This document shows, one piece after another, positions 15,207 to 22,291 of a stretch of DNA of 43,139 bases. The DNA comes from a virus. Every line of letters begins with the position of its first letter. Within the stretch, counting starts at the first letter, position 1. A program made the position numbers and the translations under genes. The DNA is taken from the IMG/VR virus record IMGVR_UViG_3300045993_000388, positions 1 through 43,139 of that record, one strand, 5' to 3'. A model generated the notes under the pieces. That model had not been told where the DNA came from. It did not search any database and saw only the letters and a list, made by a program, of their open reading frames with translations.

Positions 15207-16636
15207 TAAAAGTAGTGTGGCCAAAATGGCGAAATATCATCAACGACAAGTTTGTGCCGCTAACCAAGACAATCGATAGGTATGTCATCCTGTACGGTTC
15301 CCGTGGTTCGGGAAAATCTGATTATGTAGCAAAACAGCTTGTTTACAACTGCATAACCCACCGATATTTCAAATGCATACTTTACCGGAAGAAATACAAC
15401 ACCATCCAGGAATCGAGTTATGAGAATCTAAAACAAACCATTTATACCCTGGGGTTACAGGATTTATTCACCTTCAGGGTTTCACCCCTTGCCATCGTCT
15501 GCATAAATGGCAATAGGTTCTTGGCACGCGGTGGTGACGACCCCGGCAGCTTGAAATCAATTAAAGACCCCACCTGCGTTTGGTATGAAGAAGATGTGCC
15601 GGAAGAAGAAGACTTTGCAACCATATCACTAACCATCCGTTCCAACAAAGCCGACCGCCTGCAGGAGTATTTCACCATCAACCCTGAAATAGAAGGCGAT
15701 TATACAGAGAACTGGTTTTGGCGGCGTTTCTTTGAATATCACAACGAACTATCATACAGAACCACCACAAGCATCGAAGTTGAAGGCAGGGAAGTTGAAT
15801 TCAGTGTTACGGTGCATCATTCAGTCTACCAGGATAATAGATGGCTGCCCGATGCCGTAAAAGCGCAAATCGAAGGGTACAAAGACACCAACACATACTT
15901 ATACAGCGTTTATTCAAAGGGATTGTGGACGCGCAAGCAAACGGGCGGAAATTTCTACAAACTATTCCAACGGGTAAAGAACACTGCCCCGGTGCGGTAC
16001 AACCCCGACATGCCGCTGCACGTTTCCTTTGACTTCAACGTTAACCCTTACATGACCGCGACCATTTGGCAATTGGAAGGAAAGGTGGCCAGGCAAATAA
16101 ACGAGATCACCCTACCAACCCCAAACAACCGAACGGAAAATGTCTGCAGGGATTTCATGCGCCAATACCCTGGCCACAAAGCTGGCTTGTTCATATACGG
16201 GGATCCATCCGGCATGCAGGAAGACACCCGAACCGAGAAAGGCCACAACGACTTTGTGATCATCATGCGCGCGCTGGGGCAATACAAACCGTCCCTTCGC
16301 GTGGCCAAGTCTGCCCCGCCTGTAGTAATGCGGGGTAACTTCATCAATGCCGTGTTCCAACACAATCAATGTGGCATGGAAATTATCATTGGTGACAACT
16401 GCAATAAGAGCATTTCCGACCTTATGTACCTGAAAGAAGCCCAGGACGGCACAAAGGCCAAGGTTAAGGAAAAGCACCCCGACACGGGCATTAGCTTTGA
16501 AAAGTATGGCCACTGTTCGGATTCAATGGATTACATGATTTGTTACGCATACGCCGGGGAGTTCCAGCAATACCAAAAAGGCGGTGTCGATACTAAGATC
16601 ACCCTGGGCAGCAATCGTAGCAAACACAGTTATTAA
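15203..16636 (+). CDS. terL: Terminase large subunit
   Basis: 477 aa. Walker A YGSRGSGKSD, Walker B-like CVWYEED and a C-terminal nuclease-like region with acidic residues (VSFDFN, GDPSG, CSDSMDY). Confidence 0.85.
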   Translation: MIKVVWPKWRNIINDKFVPLTKTIDRYVILYGSRGSGKSDYVAKQLVYNCITHRYFKCILYRKKYNTIQESSYENLKQTIYTLGLQDLFTFRVSPLAIVCINGNRFLARGGDDPGSLKSIKDPTCVWYEEDVPEEEDFATISLTIRSNKADRLQEYFTINPEIEGDYTENWFWRRFFEYHNELSYRTTTSIEVEGREVEFSVTVHHSVYQDNRWLPDAVKAQIEGYKDTNTYLYSVYSKGLWTRKQTGGNFYKLFQRVKNTAPVRYNPDMPLHVSFDFNVNPYMTATIWQLEGKVARQINEITLPTPNNRTENVCRDFMRQYPGHKAGLFIYGDPSGMQEDTRTEKGHNDFVIIMRALGQYKPSLRVAKSAPPVVMRGNFINAVFQHNQCGMEIIIGDNCNKSISDLMYLKEAQDGTKAKVKEKHPDTGISFEKYGHCSDSMDYMICYAYAGEFQQYQKGGVDTKITLGSNRSKHSY

Positions 16637-16676
16637 AAAAACCTTAAAAAATACAAAGCACATTTTAGTATAAATA

Positions 16677-16691
16677 TTTGTACTATATTTA
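16677..16691 (+). promoter_or_regulatory. TTTGTACTATATTTA promoter-like motif (with partial palindrome GTATAAATATTTGTAC)
   Basis: Copy of the recurrent motif in the 73-nt gap after terL. Confidence 0.3.
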
Positions 16692-16709
16692 TGATTCAAA
16701 TGTAAACGT

Positions 16710-16904
16710 ATGCAAGCACTTACAACGCCTAAAAAACTAACAGACCTTACCAACGAAGAATTGAATGTTTTAATTGATCAGCTTGAAGAAGGTTGTCAAA
16801 TGTTCTTGCACACCTTTCAAAATATTGGTAAGGCAATGAAGGTTCAGGACTTACAGGCTGCTTGCATCGACATTATTATGGAACGTAAAGGGATAAAACT
16901 ATGA
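16710..16904 (+). CDS. Hypothetical protein
   Basis: 64-aa ORF with ATGA overlap to the next gene. Confidence 0.5.
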   Translation: MQALTTPKKLTDLTNEELNVLIDQLEEGCQMFLHTFQNIGKAMKVQDLQAACIDIIMERKGIKL

Positions 16905-17608
16905 AGATATTATTAGGGTGCGAAGAAAGCCAAGCGGTTTGTATAGAATTTAGAAAGCTAGGCTTTGATGCGTTCAGTTGCGATATTCAGGAGTGTTCAG
17001 GTGGGCATCCTGAATGGCATTTCAACGAAGATATTTTCAAAGTAATTGCGGGGGGGGGGTATTTGCAAACTGAATCAAAAGAAATGGTATTTATTGACAA
17101 GTGGGATATGATTGTTTGCTTTCCACCTTGTACACATTTAGCAGTTAGTGGTGCTGCACACTTTGAAAAGAAAAGAGCAGACGGCAGACAAAAAGAAGGA
17201 ATCGATTTTTTCATGGCACTCGCTAACGCTGGTATTGAAAGAATTGCAATTGAAAACCCAATTGGCATTATGAGCAAATTGTATAGAAAACCTGATCAAA
17301 TCATCCAACCTTACTATTTCGGTGATCAGGCGCAGAAGACGACTTGTTTATGGTTAAAAAACTTACCTAAACTTTATCATAGTAAACAGGTTGATTTGTT
17401 CGAAGATAGTATTACGCATGTTGATAAAGGGGAGTTTTACGAGTGTGTTGATGGGAAAACTGGGAAAATAAAAAAGCAGCCGTTATGGTATGCAAATGCA
17501 TTTCTAAATAACAAAACGGAAACAGGAAAGGAACGTTCCAAGACTTTCCCTGGTATAGCTAAGGCGATGGCAACACAATGGGGAGAAGATATTTTAAATA
17601 AAAAATAG
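16901..17608 (+). CDS. Putative DNA (cytosine-5) methyltransferase-like protein (compact phage type)
   Basis: 235 aa. It has CFPPCTHLAVSG (motif IV PPC), IENPIG (motif VI ENx) and a C-terminal RSKTFPGIAKAMATQWG. The N-terminal ILLGCEESQ replaces the canonical FxGxG. Confidence 0.55.
   Translation: MKILLGCEESQAVCIEFRKLGFDAFSCDIQECSGGHPEWHFNEDIFKVIAGGGYLQTESKEMVFIDKWDMIVCFPPCTHLAVSGAAHFEKKRADGRQKEGIDFFMALANAGIERIAIENPIGIMSKLYRKPDQIIQPYYFGDQAQKTTCLWLKNLPKLYHSKQVDLFEDSITHVDKGEFYECVDGKTGKIKKQPLWYANAFLNNKTETGKERSKTFPGIAKAMATQWGEDILNKK
17050..17059 (+). repeat. G10 homopolymer inside the methyltransferase-like CDS
   Basis: gcg ggg ggg ggg tat encodes AGGGY. This is the only G/C run of this length seen in the window, and it sits in an AT-rich gene. 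Confidence 0.9.
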
Positions 17609-17613
17609 ATCAA

Positions 17614-18084
17614 ATGAAACAATTAATTTTAGCATTTATGCTTTTAGTTACAGTAAAAAGCAACGCACAGTGTTGGGGTGGAACAACCCCGACAAAGTCT
17701 TATGGTTCCGGTTTTTCACCCAACATTACCGCCGCCGTTGTGATCGACAAATCTATGAAGTATTACCCTTCGGGATTCGCAGGGTTTGGAGTTCATGCCG
17801 GGGTATGGATTGATTGGTTAGGGTTCACGGTTGGCGGTGTGGAATCCAAGGTTGGGGAAAAATCAGAAGCCAGGCGCGATCTTGTTTTTACGATGTCCGG
17901 CAGATACAAATTCATTGACGATAAGTTGCAGATATCGCCTTACTTCGCTGTAGGCAGCAACAATTACCAGGACATTGGGATCCGCGCGGGCTGGTATGTA
18001 CTAAACAGTGCTTATATCGGAGCATTTGTAGGAAGGACACAACATTACGGTATTTCAATAATGGTTTCACTTGATAAACAATAA
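17614..18084 (+). CDS. Putative outer-membrane beta-barrel-like secreted protein
   Basis: 156 aa. Signal MKQLILAFMLLVTVKSNAQ. Alternating hydrophobic, Gly- and aromatic-rich strands (GFGVHAGVWIDWLGFTVGG, QISPYFAVGS, GIRAGWYVLNSAYIGAFVG, YGISIMVSL). Confidence 0.4.
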   Translation: MKQLILAFMLLVTVKSNAQCWGGTTPTKSYGSGFSPNITAAVVIDKSMKYYPSGFAGFGVHAGVWIDWLGFTVGGVESKVGEKSEARRDLVFTMSGRYKFIDDKLQISPYFAVGSNNYQDIGIRAGWYVLNSAYIGAFVGRTQHYGISIMVSLDKQ

Positions 18085-18090
18085 AACAAC

Positions 18091-18753
18091 ATGAATAATT
18101 TATTGATTGCATTAGAGAAGATACAAAATTTTAGGTGTACGCCTAAAGATAACATTGTAGATGAGTTAATTGGTGGACTAGAAGACATTATGAATATAGC
18201 CACCGAAGCTATTAACTCATACAAGCCTGTTAAAATGTATAGTGAGAAAGAAGTAAGGCACATGATTGACTTGGCTAGAGAGTATTATGATGGATTTAAT
18301 TATACAGTAGAAGAAGTTCTCAAATCCCTATCCCCATTAAAGGAAGGAAGGGTGTATAATGCTAATGAAGTGAAAGAATTAACTAAACCTACAAGGCATC
18401 CAAAAGGTTGGACAGCACTTTTTAGTGATGAATCTGAATGGATAGAGTATTGTAAATGGAGAAAAAGGGAACAACCTATATCTAGTGTAGAGAAGATTAA
18501 AGTTTGGATGCCTACAATATGGTCAGCACCTAATCAAGTAGTTAATAAGTATGGAGATTCAGTACAAGGAGTTGAACTACAAGAAGGATATTTCTTAACC
18601 AAAGAAGAATACGCATTACTCAAAGCAGCCCCTAATCATTTAGAGGCGTTAGAGAGGTGGGTGAAGGAGAATAATCATACTTATGGAGAATCGGAATCAC
18701 CAAGATTTGTTTACATGGGTAATTTATTAAACTTTATCAATTCACTTAAATAG
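18091..18753 (+). CDS. Hypothetical protein
   Basis: 220-aa AT-rich ORF. No motif recognised. Confidence 0.55.
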   Translation: MNNLLIALEKIQNFRCTPKDNIVDELIGGLEDIMNIATEAINSYKPVKMYSEKEVRHMIDLAREYYDGFNYTVEEVLKSLSPLKEGRVYNANEVKELTKPTRHPKGWTALFSDESEWIEYCKWRKREQPISSVEKIKVWMPTIWSAPNQVVNKYGDSVQGVELQEGYFLTKEEYALLKAAPNHLEALERWVKENNHTYGESESPRFVYMGNLLNFINSLK

Positions 18754-18810
18754 GTATTTGTGCAAGATAACCACCAGAATTAGGTATAAATCTTTTATAA
18801 AAACCGAATA

Positions 18811-18833
18811 CAATCACTAAAACAATAAATAAA
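18811..18833 (+). repeat. Boundary repeat copy 1 (CAATCACTAAAACAATAAATAAA)
   Basis: Ends directly at the ATG at 18834. Confidence 0.8.
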
Positions 18834-19091
18834 ATGACTTACCAAGAATTATTCAACAAATTGACGCCCGAACAAATGAATCAGCAAATAGCAATTTTTT
18901 CTGGTGATGAAGAACAGGCTCATACAGATGTTATAGTAGAAATAACAGAAGAAGATTTTTATTGGGAATATGACCAATGCTATGGGAACTTAGAACAGGT
19001 TAAAGCAGATAATCCTGATGATTGGGAAGAAGTTATTGAAGAATATAATTGTGTTCCAAAAGGTACTGTAATGATTCAAATTAATAACTAA
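18834..19091 (+). CDS. Small highly acidic protein
   Basis: 85 aa. Hand count gives 13 Glu and 7 Asp against 3 Lys and 0 Arg. Confidence 0.55.
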   Translation: MTYQELFNKLTPEQMNQQIAIFSGDEEQAHTDVIVEITEEDFYWEYDQCYGNLEQVKADNPDDWEEVIEEYNCVPKGTVMIQINN

Positions 19092-19101
19092 AACAATAAA
19101 T
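19087..19101 (+). repeat. Boundary repeat copy 2, partial (ACTAAAACAATAAAT)
   Basis: Overlaps the stop codon of the 18834-19091 gene. Confidence 0.7.
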
Positions 19102-19108
19102 CATTTTG

Positions 19109-19180
19109 GTGGGCAAACGGTCTGATTCTTAGCAGACTAGGGATTGGTACTGACTACATCAATCCCGCCCACACCTTTTT
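19109..19180 (+). ncRNA. Y-shaped (three-way junction) structured element followed by T5; small RNA or complex terminator
   Basis: Outer stem gtgggc/gcccac (19109-14 with 19167-72). Arm 1: gtctg/cagac with an 8-nt loop. Arm 2: gggattg/caatccc with a 13-nt loop. Then cc plus ttttt. Confidence 0.35.
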
Positions 19181-19181
19181 A

Positions 19182-19203
19182 AATCACTAAAACAATAAAT
19201 AAA
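19182..19203 (+). repeat. Boundary repeat copy 3 (AATCACTAAAACAATAAATAAA)
   Basis: Ends 1 nt before the ATG at 19205. Confidence 0.8.
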
Positions 19204-19204
19204 C

Positions 19205-19486
19205 ATGAAAACAGGGATTGAATTAATCGCAGAAGAAAGACAGAAACAAATAGCTAAGTGGGGCAATACAGAAGCACATGATGTTATTCATGACAGCTTT
19301 GAATTAAGTAGAGCAGCAGCAGCTATTTCTTACAATGCTCCAGAAGATATTAACACCCTAATCTATGCCCCCGATTGGGCATGGGAATTAAGGGTAAAGT
19401 ATGTGAATGATAATATTAAAAGACTTCAAATAGCAGGGGCATTAATAGCAGCAGAAATTGACCGCATACAATCACTAAAACAATAA
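19205..19486 (+). CDS. Conserved phage protein of unknown function
   Basis: 93 aa. IAEERQKQIAKWG...H..FELSRAAAA...IAGALIAAEIDRIQ recalls a widespread phage/prophage family that I cannot name with certainty. Confidence 0.55.
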   Translation: MKTGIELIAEERQKQIAKWGNTEAHDVIHDSFELSRAAAAISYNAPEDINTLIYAPDWAWELRVKYVNDNIKRLQIAGALIAAEIDRIQSLKQ

Positions 19487-19490
19487 ATAA
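19469..19490 (+). repeat. Boundary repeat copy 4 (CAATCACTAAAACAATAAATAA)
   Basis: Encodes the C-terminus and stop (QSLKQ*) of the 19205-19486 gene and lies 4 nt upstream of the ATG at 19495. Confidence 0.8.
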
Positions 19491-19494
19491 GGTT

Positions 19495-19830
19495 ATGGGA
19501 GAAATAAAATTTATAGCATGGGATGGTATAAGAATTACCTCATCGGGCATAATGTTTAATTCATCAACTTATACATTAGAAGTACCCGAAGGTTCAAGAA
19601 TGAAACTAATGCAATACACAGGCTTAAAAGATAAAGATGGGAAAGAGATTTATGAAGGGGATATTTTAGCTAGAACTTCTATCGCAGACGCTATTGTTAT
19701 ATTTGAAGATGGAGCATTTTGTAGAAAAAAAATAAGCACTAGCACTACCGCTTTATTGAGTCTTTATATAGATGAATTTACCGTAGTAATAGGAAACATA
19801 TACGAAAACCCTGAACTAATCACTCCTTAA
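19495..19830 (+). CDS. YopX-family protein
   Basis: 111 aa. LMQYTGLKDKDGKEIYEGDIL and the C-terminal VIGNIYENPELI are hallmark YopX motifs. Confidence 0.8.
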   Translation: MGEIKFIAWDGIRITSSGIMFNSSTYTLEVPEGSRMKLMQYTGLKDKDGKEIYEGDILARTSIADAIVIFEDGAFCRKKISTSTTALLSLYIDEFTVVIGNIYENPELITP

Positions 19831-19913
19831 ATAATATACTATGATACAAGAAGAAAATTTCACTATCTTAGTGTTCCAATTTTAAGGGTTTACAATCTTA
19901 CATTTGATCAGCG

Positions 19914-19940
19914 GCCTGCGTTTCCACGCGGGCTTTTTTT
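19914..19940 (+). terminator. Rho-independent terminator closing the early/accessory block
   Basis: Stem gcctgcgt/acgcgggc (one G-U pair), loop ttcc, then T7. Confidence 0.65.
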
Positions 19941-19986
19941 ATTCACGTTAAAAAAATGTAACCTACAAAACAAAGTTTCTAAAACT

Positions 19987-20000
19987 TTTGATATATTTTA
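19987..20000 (+). promoter_or_regulatory. Variant promoter-like motif TTTGATATATTTTA upstream of the late genes
   Basis: Resembles TTTGTACTATATTTA at 16677 and lies 25 nt upstream of the ATG at 20025. Confidence 0.25.
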
Positions 20001-20024
20001 GTGCGTCGTAAACTTTACCCGCAC

Positions 20025-20909
20025 ATGGCATACCTAATGTCGAAAGACCTGAACAAGCAAATACAGTCTGAGAATCTTTCGCAAATCATCGGCGGCGATA
20101 CGTCCGTATTAACCGGGGCGGAACTTACTGCCATCGCAGAAGCACAAAGCTACCTGGTGCAGAAATATGACCTTTCACAAGAATTTAAGGATTTGACCGT
20201 TTGGGATAACGCGATTGCATACGGTGCAACTGATCGCATCTTCTTGAACGCAACGCAATACAACCCCGCAGCAACATACGCGATCGGAAGCCAGGCACTT
20301 CAAGCAGGATCCGTTTATCGTTGCAAGACAGCGATCACAGTGGCCGAACCTTTCAATGCAGCTAAATGGGATTTGCTGGGCGCGCAGTGGGATATGTTCA
20401 ATGCTAAATACCCTTACCCTTTATTCGATTACAATACGCAATACTTACTGAACGACAATGTTTACTGGAAAGGTAAAGTGTACACATGCGCACTTGCAAC
20501 GCAACCATTAGGGCAATCAACAGCCCTGCAGTTCCGTGCAATTGATAACTTGCCCATGTCAAACGTGGCACCGGATAACATCAACAATGGATTACAACGC
20601 TGGGGAAGCGGGGTGGCTTACAATGTACCTGCCGGAACATTACCAACAAACGCGACCTATTGGATCGCAGGGGATAGCAGAAGCCAGCAACTTGTAACAT
20701 ACATCGTTGACATTGCTTTATACCACGTTCACAGCCGTATTAGCCCGCGCAATATTCCCGATCTAAGGGTTAAGCGGTACGATGATGCCAAGGCATGGTT
20801 GAAGATGGCAGGAAGGGGCGACATAACCGCAAACATACCAATGCTGCAGCCAGCATCAGGACAACGGGTTCGTTATGGCGGCAATATTAAAAACATCAAT
20901 TCTTACTAA
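20025..20909 (+). CDS. DUF1320 (Mu gp36)-like head-tail adaptor with a large central insertion
   Basis: The N-terminus (AYLMSKDL...LSQIIGGD...AIAEAQSYLVQKYDL) and C-terminus (IVDIALYHVHSRISPRNIPDLRVKRYDDAKAWLKMAGRGDI) fit the roughly 140-aa DUF1320 pattern. About 150 extra aa lie between them. Located upstream of portal. Confidence 0.45.
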   Translation: MAYLMSKDLNKQIQSENLSQIIGGDTSVLTGAELTAIAEAQSYLVQKYDLSQEFKDLTVWDNAIAYGATDRIFLNATQYNPAATYAIGSQALQAGSVYRCKTAITVAEPFNAAKWDLLGAQWDMFNAKYPYPLFDYNTQYLLNDNVYWKGKVYTCALATQPLGQSTALQFRAIDNLPMSNVAPDNINNGLQRWGSGVAYNVPAGTLPTNATYWIAGDSRSQQLVTYIVDIALYHVHSRISPRNIPDLRVKRYDDAKAWLKMAGRGDITANIPMLQPASGQRVRYGGNIKNINSY

Positions 20910-22291
20910 TGTCCAAACGAAACCGACAAATACAAAAGGCAAAGAACTTTGGTTTCAACACCACTACATTGGGCAAATCGTCCAATTTTGGCTTTGATAC
21001 CAACCCAAGCAAAGAAGCAGCTGCAAAGGATTTGCACAGGGTAATTAGCCCTGTACAGTTGCAACGTTTACGCACAGACGTTTCTATGTGGCGGGACGCT
21101 ATTTCAGAAGCAGAAAAGGCATGGTACCCATTCCGTGTTAAGATGCAGCGCATTTTCATTGACACCATCCTGAACGGTCACGTTTTTAGTTTGATGGAAC
21201 GCCGGAAGGATTTAACCCTGTTGCGCAAATACGCCATCATGGATGCGGACGGAAACGAAAATGAAGAACTTACACAATACTTTCAAAACTCCACCTGGTT
21301 TGGGGATTTCCTAGGGTACACATTGGACGCACGGTTCTTTGGCTACAGTTTAATAAGCCTTGGCGATATTATCAACGATCAAATCAATGAAGTTTCACTA
21401 ATCCCACGTTGGTTTATAAGCCCCGATCGTCACGAAGTGGGCAGTTTTATTTATGCCACAAGTGGTGCAGATTTCAGGGAACCACCGCAAAGTGATTGGC
21501 ATGTATATGTGAAAACTAAATCCGACAACGGCACAAGCCCTTGCGGATATGGACTTTTATATCAAATAGCTTTATACGAAATATTCCTTCGCAATACCCT
21601 TGGGTTTAACGGGGACTTTGTGGAACTATTCGCGATGCCTTACCGGGTGGGAAAGACCACCAAAACAACAGAAGCGGAAAGATCAGAACTTGAAAGTGCT
21701 ATCAGAAACATGGGTTCGGCTGGTTACGCCATCGTGGATCCAATGGATGAAATAGAATTCTTGGAAGGAAAGACAACCGGCACAGGTTATAAATCATACG
21801 AAAGTTTAGAGAAACGTTGTGAAGACAAGGTTTCAAAGATCATATTAGGACACGCAGACGCAGTGGATAGTACCCCAGGCAAACTAGGTGGTACACAGGG
21901 TGAAGAAAGCCCCGTGGCACAGGCGTTGGAAGATAAACAGATTCAGGATGCACGTTTCGTGGAACCGGTGATCAACAACCAGCTAATCCCTAAACTTCGA
22001 AACCTTGGGTTGGTTAATATTCCTGAAGGTTACACTTTCAAGTTTATAAACGACGGTGAAGAAGAAGAAACAAGGGTGCGCGAAGATAACAGCAACCTTA
22101 TAACGGCGCAGATCGCACAAACAATGAAATCTGCAGGCCTACAAATGGATGCAGGATATTTCCAGGAACGCACAGGGATAGTTTCACAAAAGATCGAATT
22201 GCCTGCACCAGTATTACCGGGTGGCGGGAAATCAAACGACGCACGCGACGATAAGAAAGTAAAAAACAGGCTTAAAGAATTATACAAGTAA
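20909..22291 (+). CDS. Portal protein (Mu gp29 / DUF935-like)
   Basis: 460 aa. Positioned between the DUF1320-like gene and the Mu-F-like gene, as in Mu-type head modules. Acidic C-terminus. Confidence 0.65.
   Translation: MSKRNRQIQKAKNFGFNTTTLGKSSNFGFDTNPSKEAAAKDLHRVISPVQLQRLRTDVSMWRDAISEAEKAWYPFRVKMQRIFIDTILNGHVFSLMERRKDLTLLRKYAIMDADGNENEELTQYFQNSTWFGDFLGYTLDARFFGYSLISLGDIINDQINEVSLIPRWFISPDRHEVGSFIYATSGADFREPPQSDWHVYVKTKSDNGTSPCGYGLLYQIALYEIFLRNTLGFNGDFVELFAMPYRVGKTTKTTEAERSELESAIRNMGSAGYAIVDPMDEIEFLEGKTTGTGYKSYESLEKRCEDKVSKIILGHADAVDSTPGKLGGTQGEESPVAQALEDKQIQDARFVEPVINNQLIPKLRNLGLVNIPEGYTFKFINDGEEEETRVREDNSNLITAQIAQTMKSAGLQMDAGYFQERTGIVSQKIELPAPVLPGGGKSNDARDDKKVKNRLKELYK

Noticed and set aside
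19109-19172. tRNA gene
   Set aside because: The structure has three helices, not four. Its loops are 8 and 13 nt instead of 7-nt anticodon and T loops. There is no GTTC-type T-loop or D-arm, so it was reported only as a structured element.
18811-19490. CRISPR array formed by the 21-nt repeats
   Set aside because: Only four copies are present. The spacings of about 95-290 bp contain protein-coding genes, the repeats overlap start and stop signals, and there are no cas genes.
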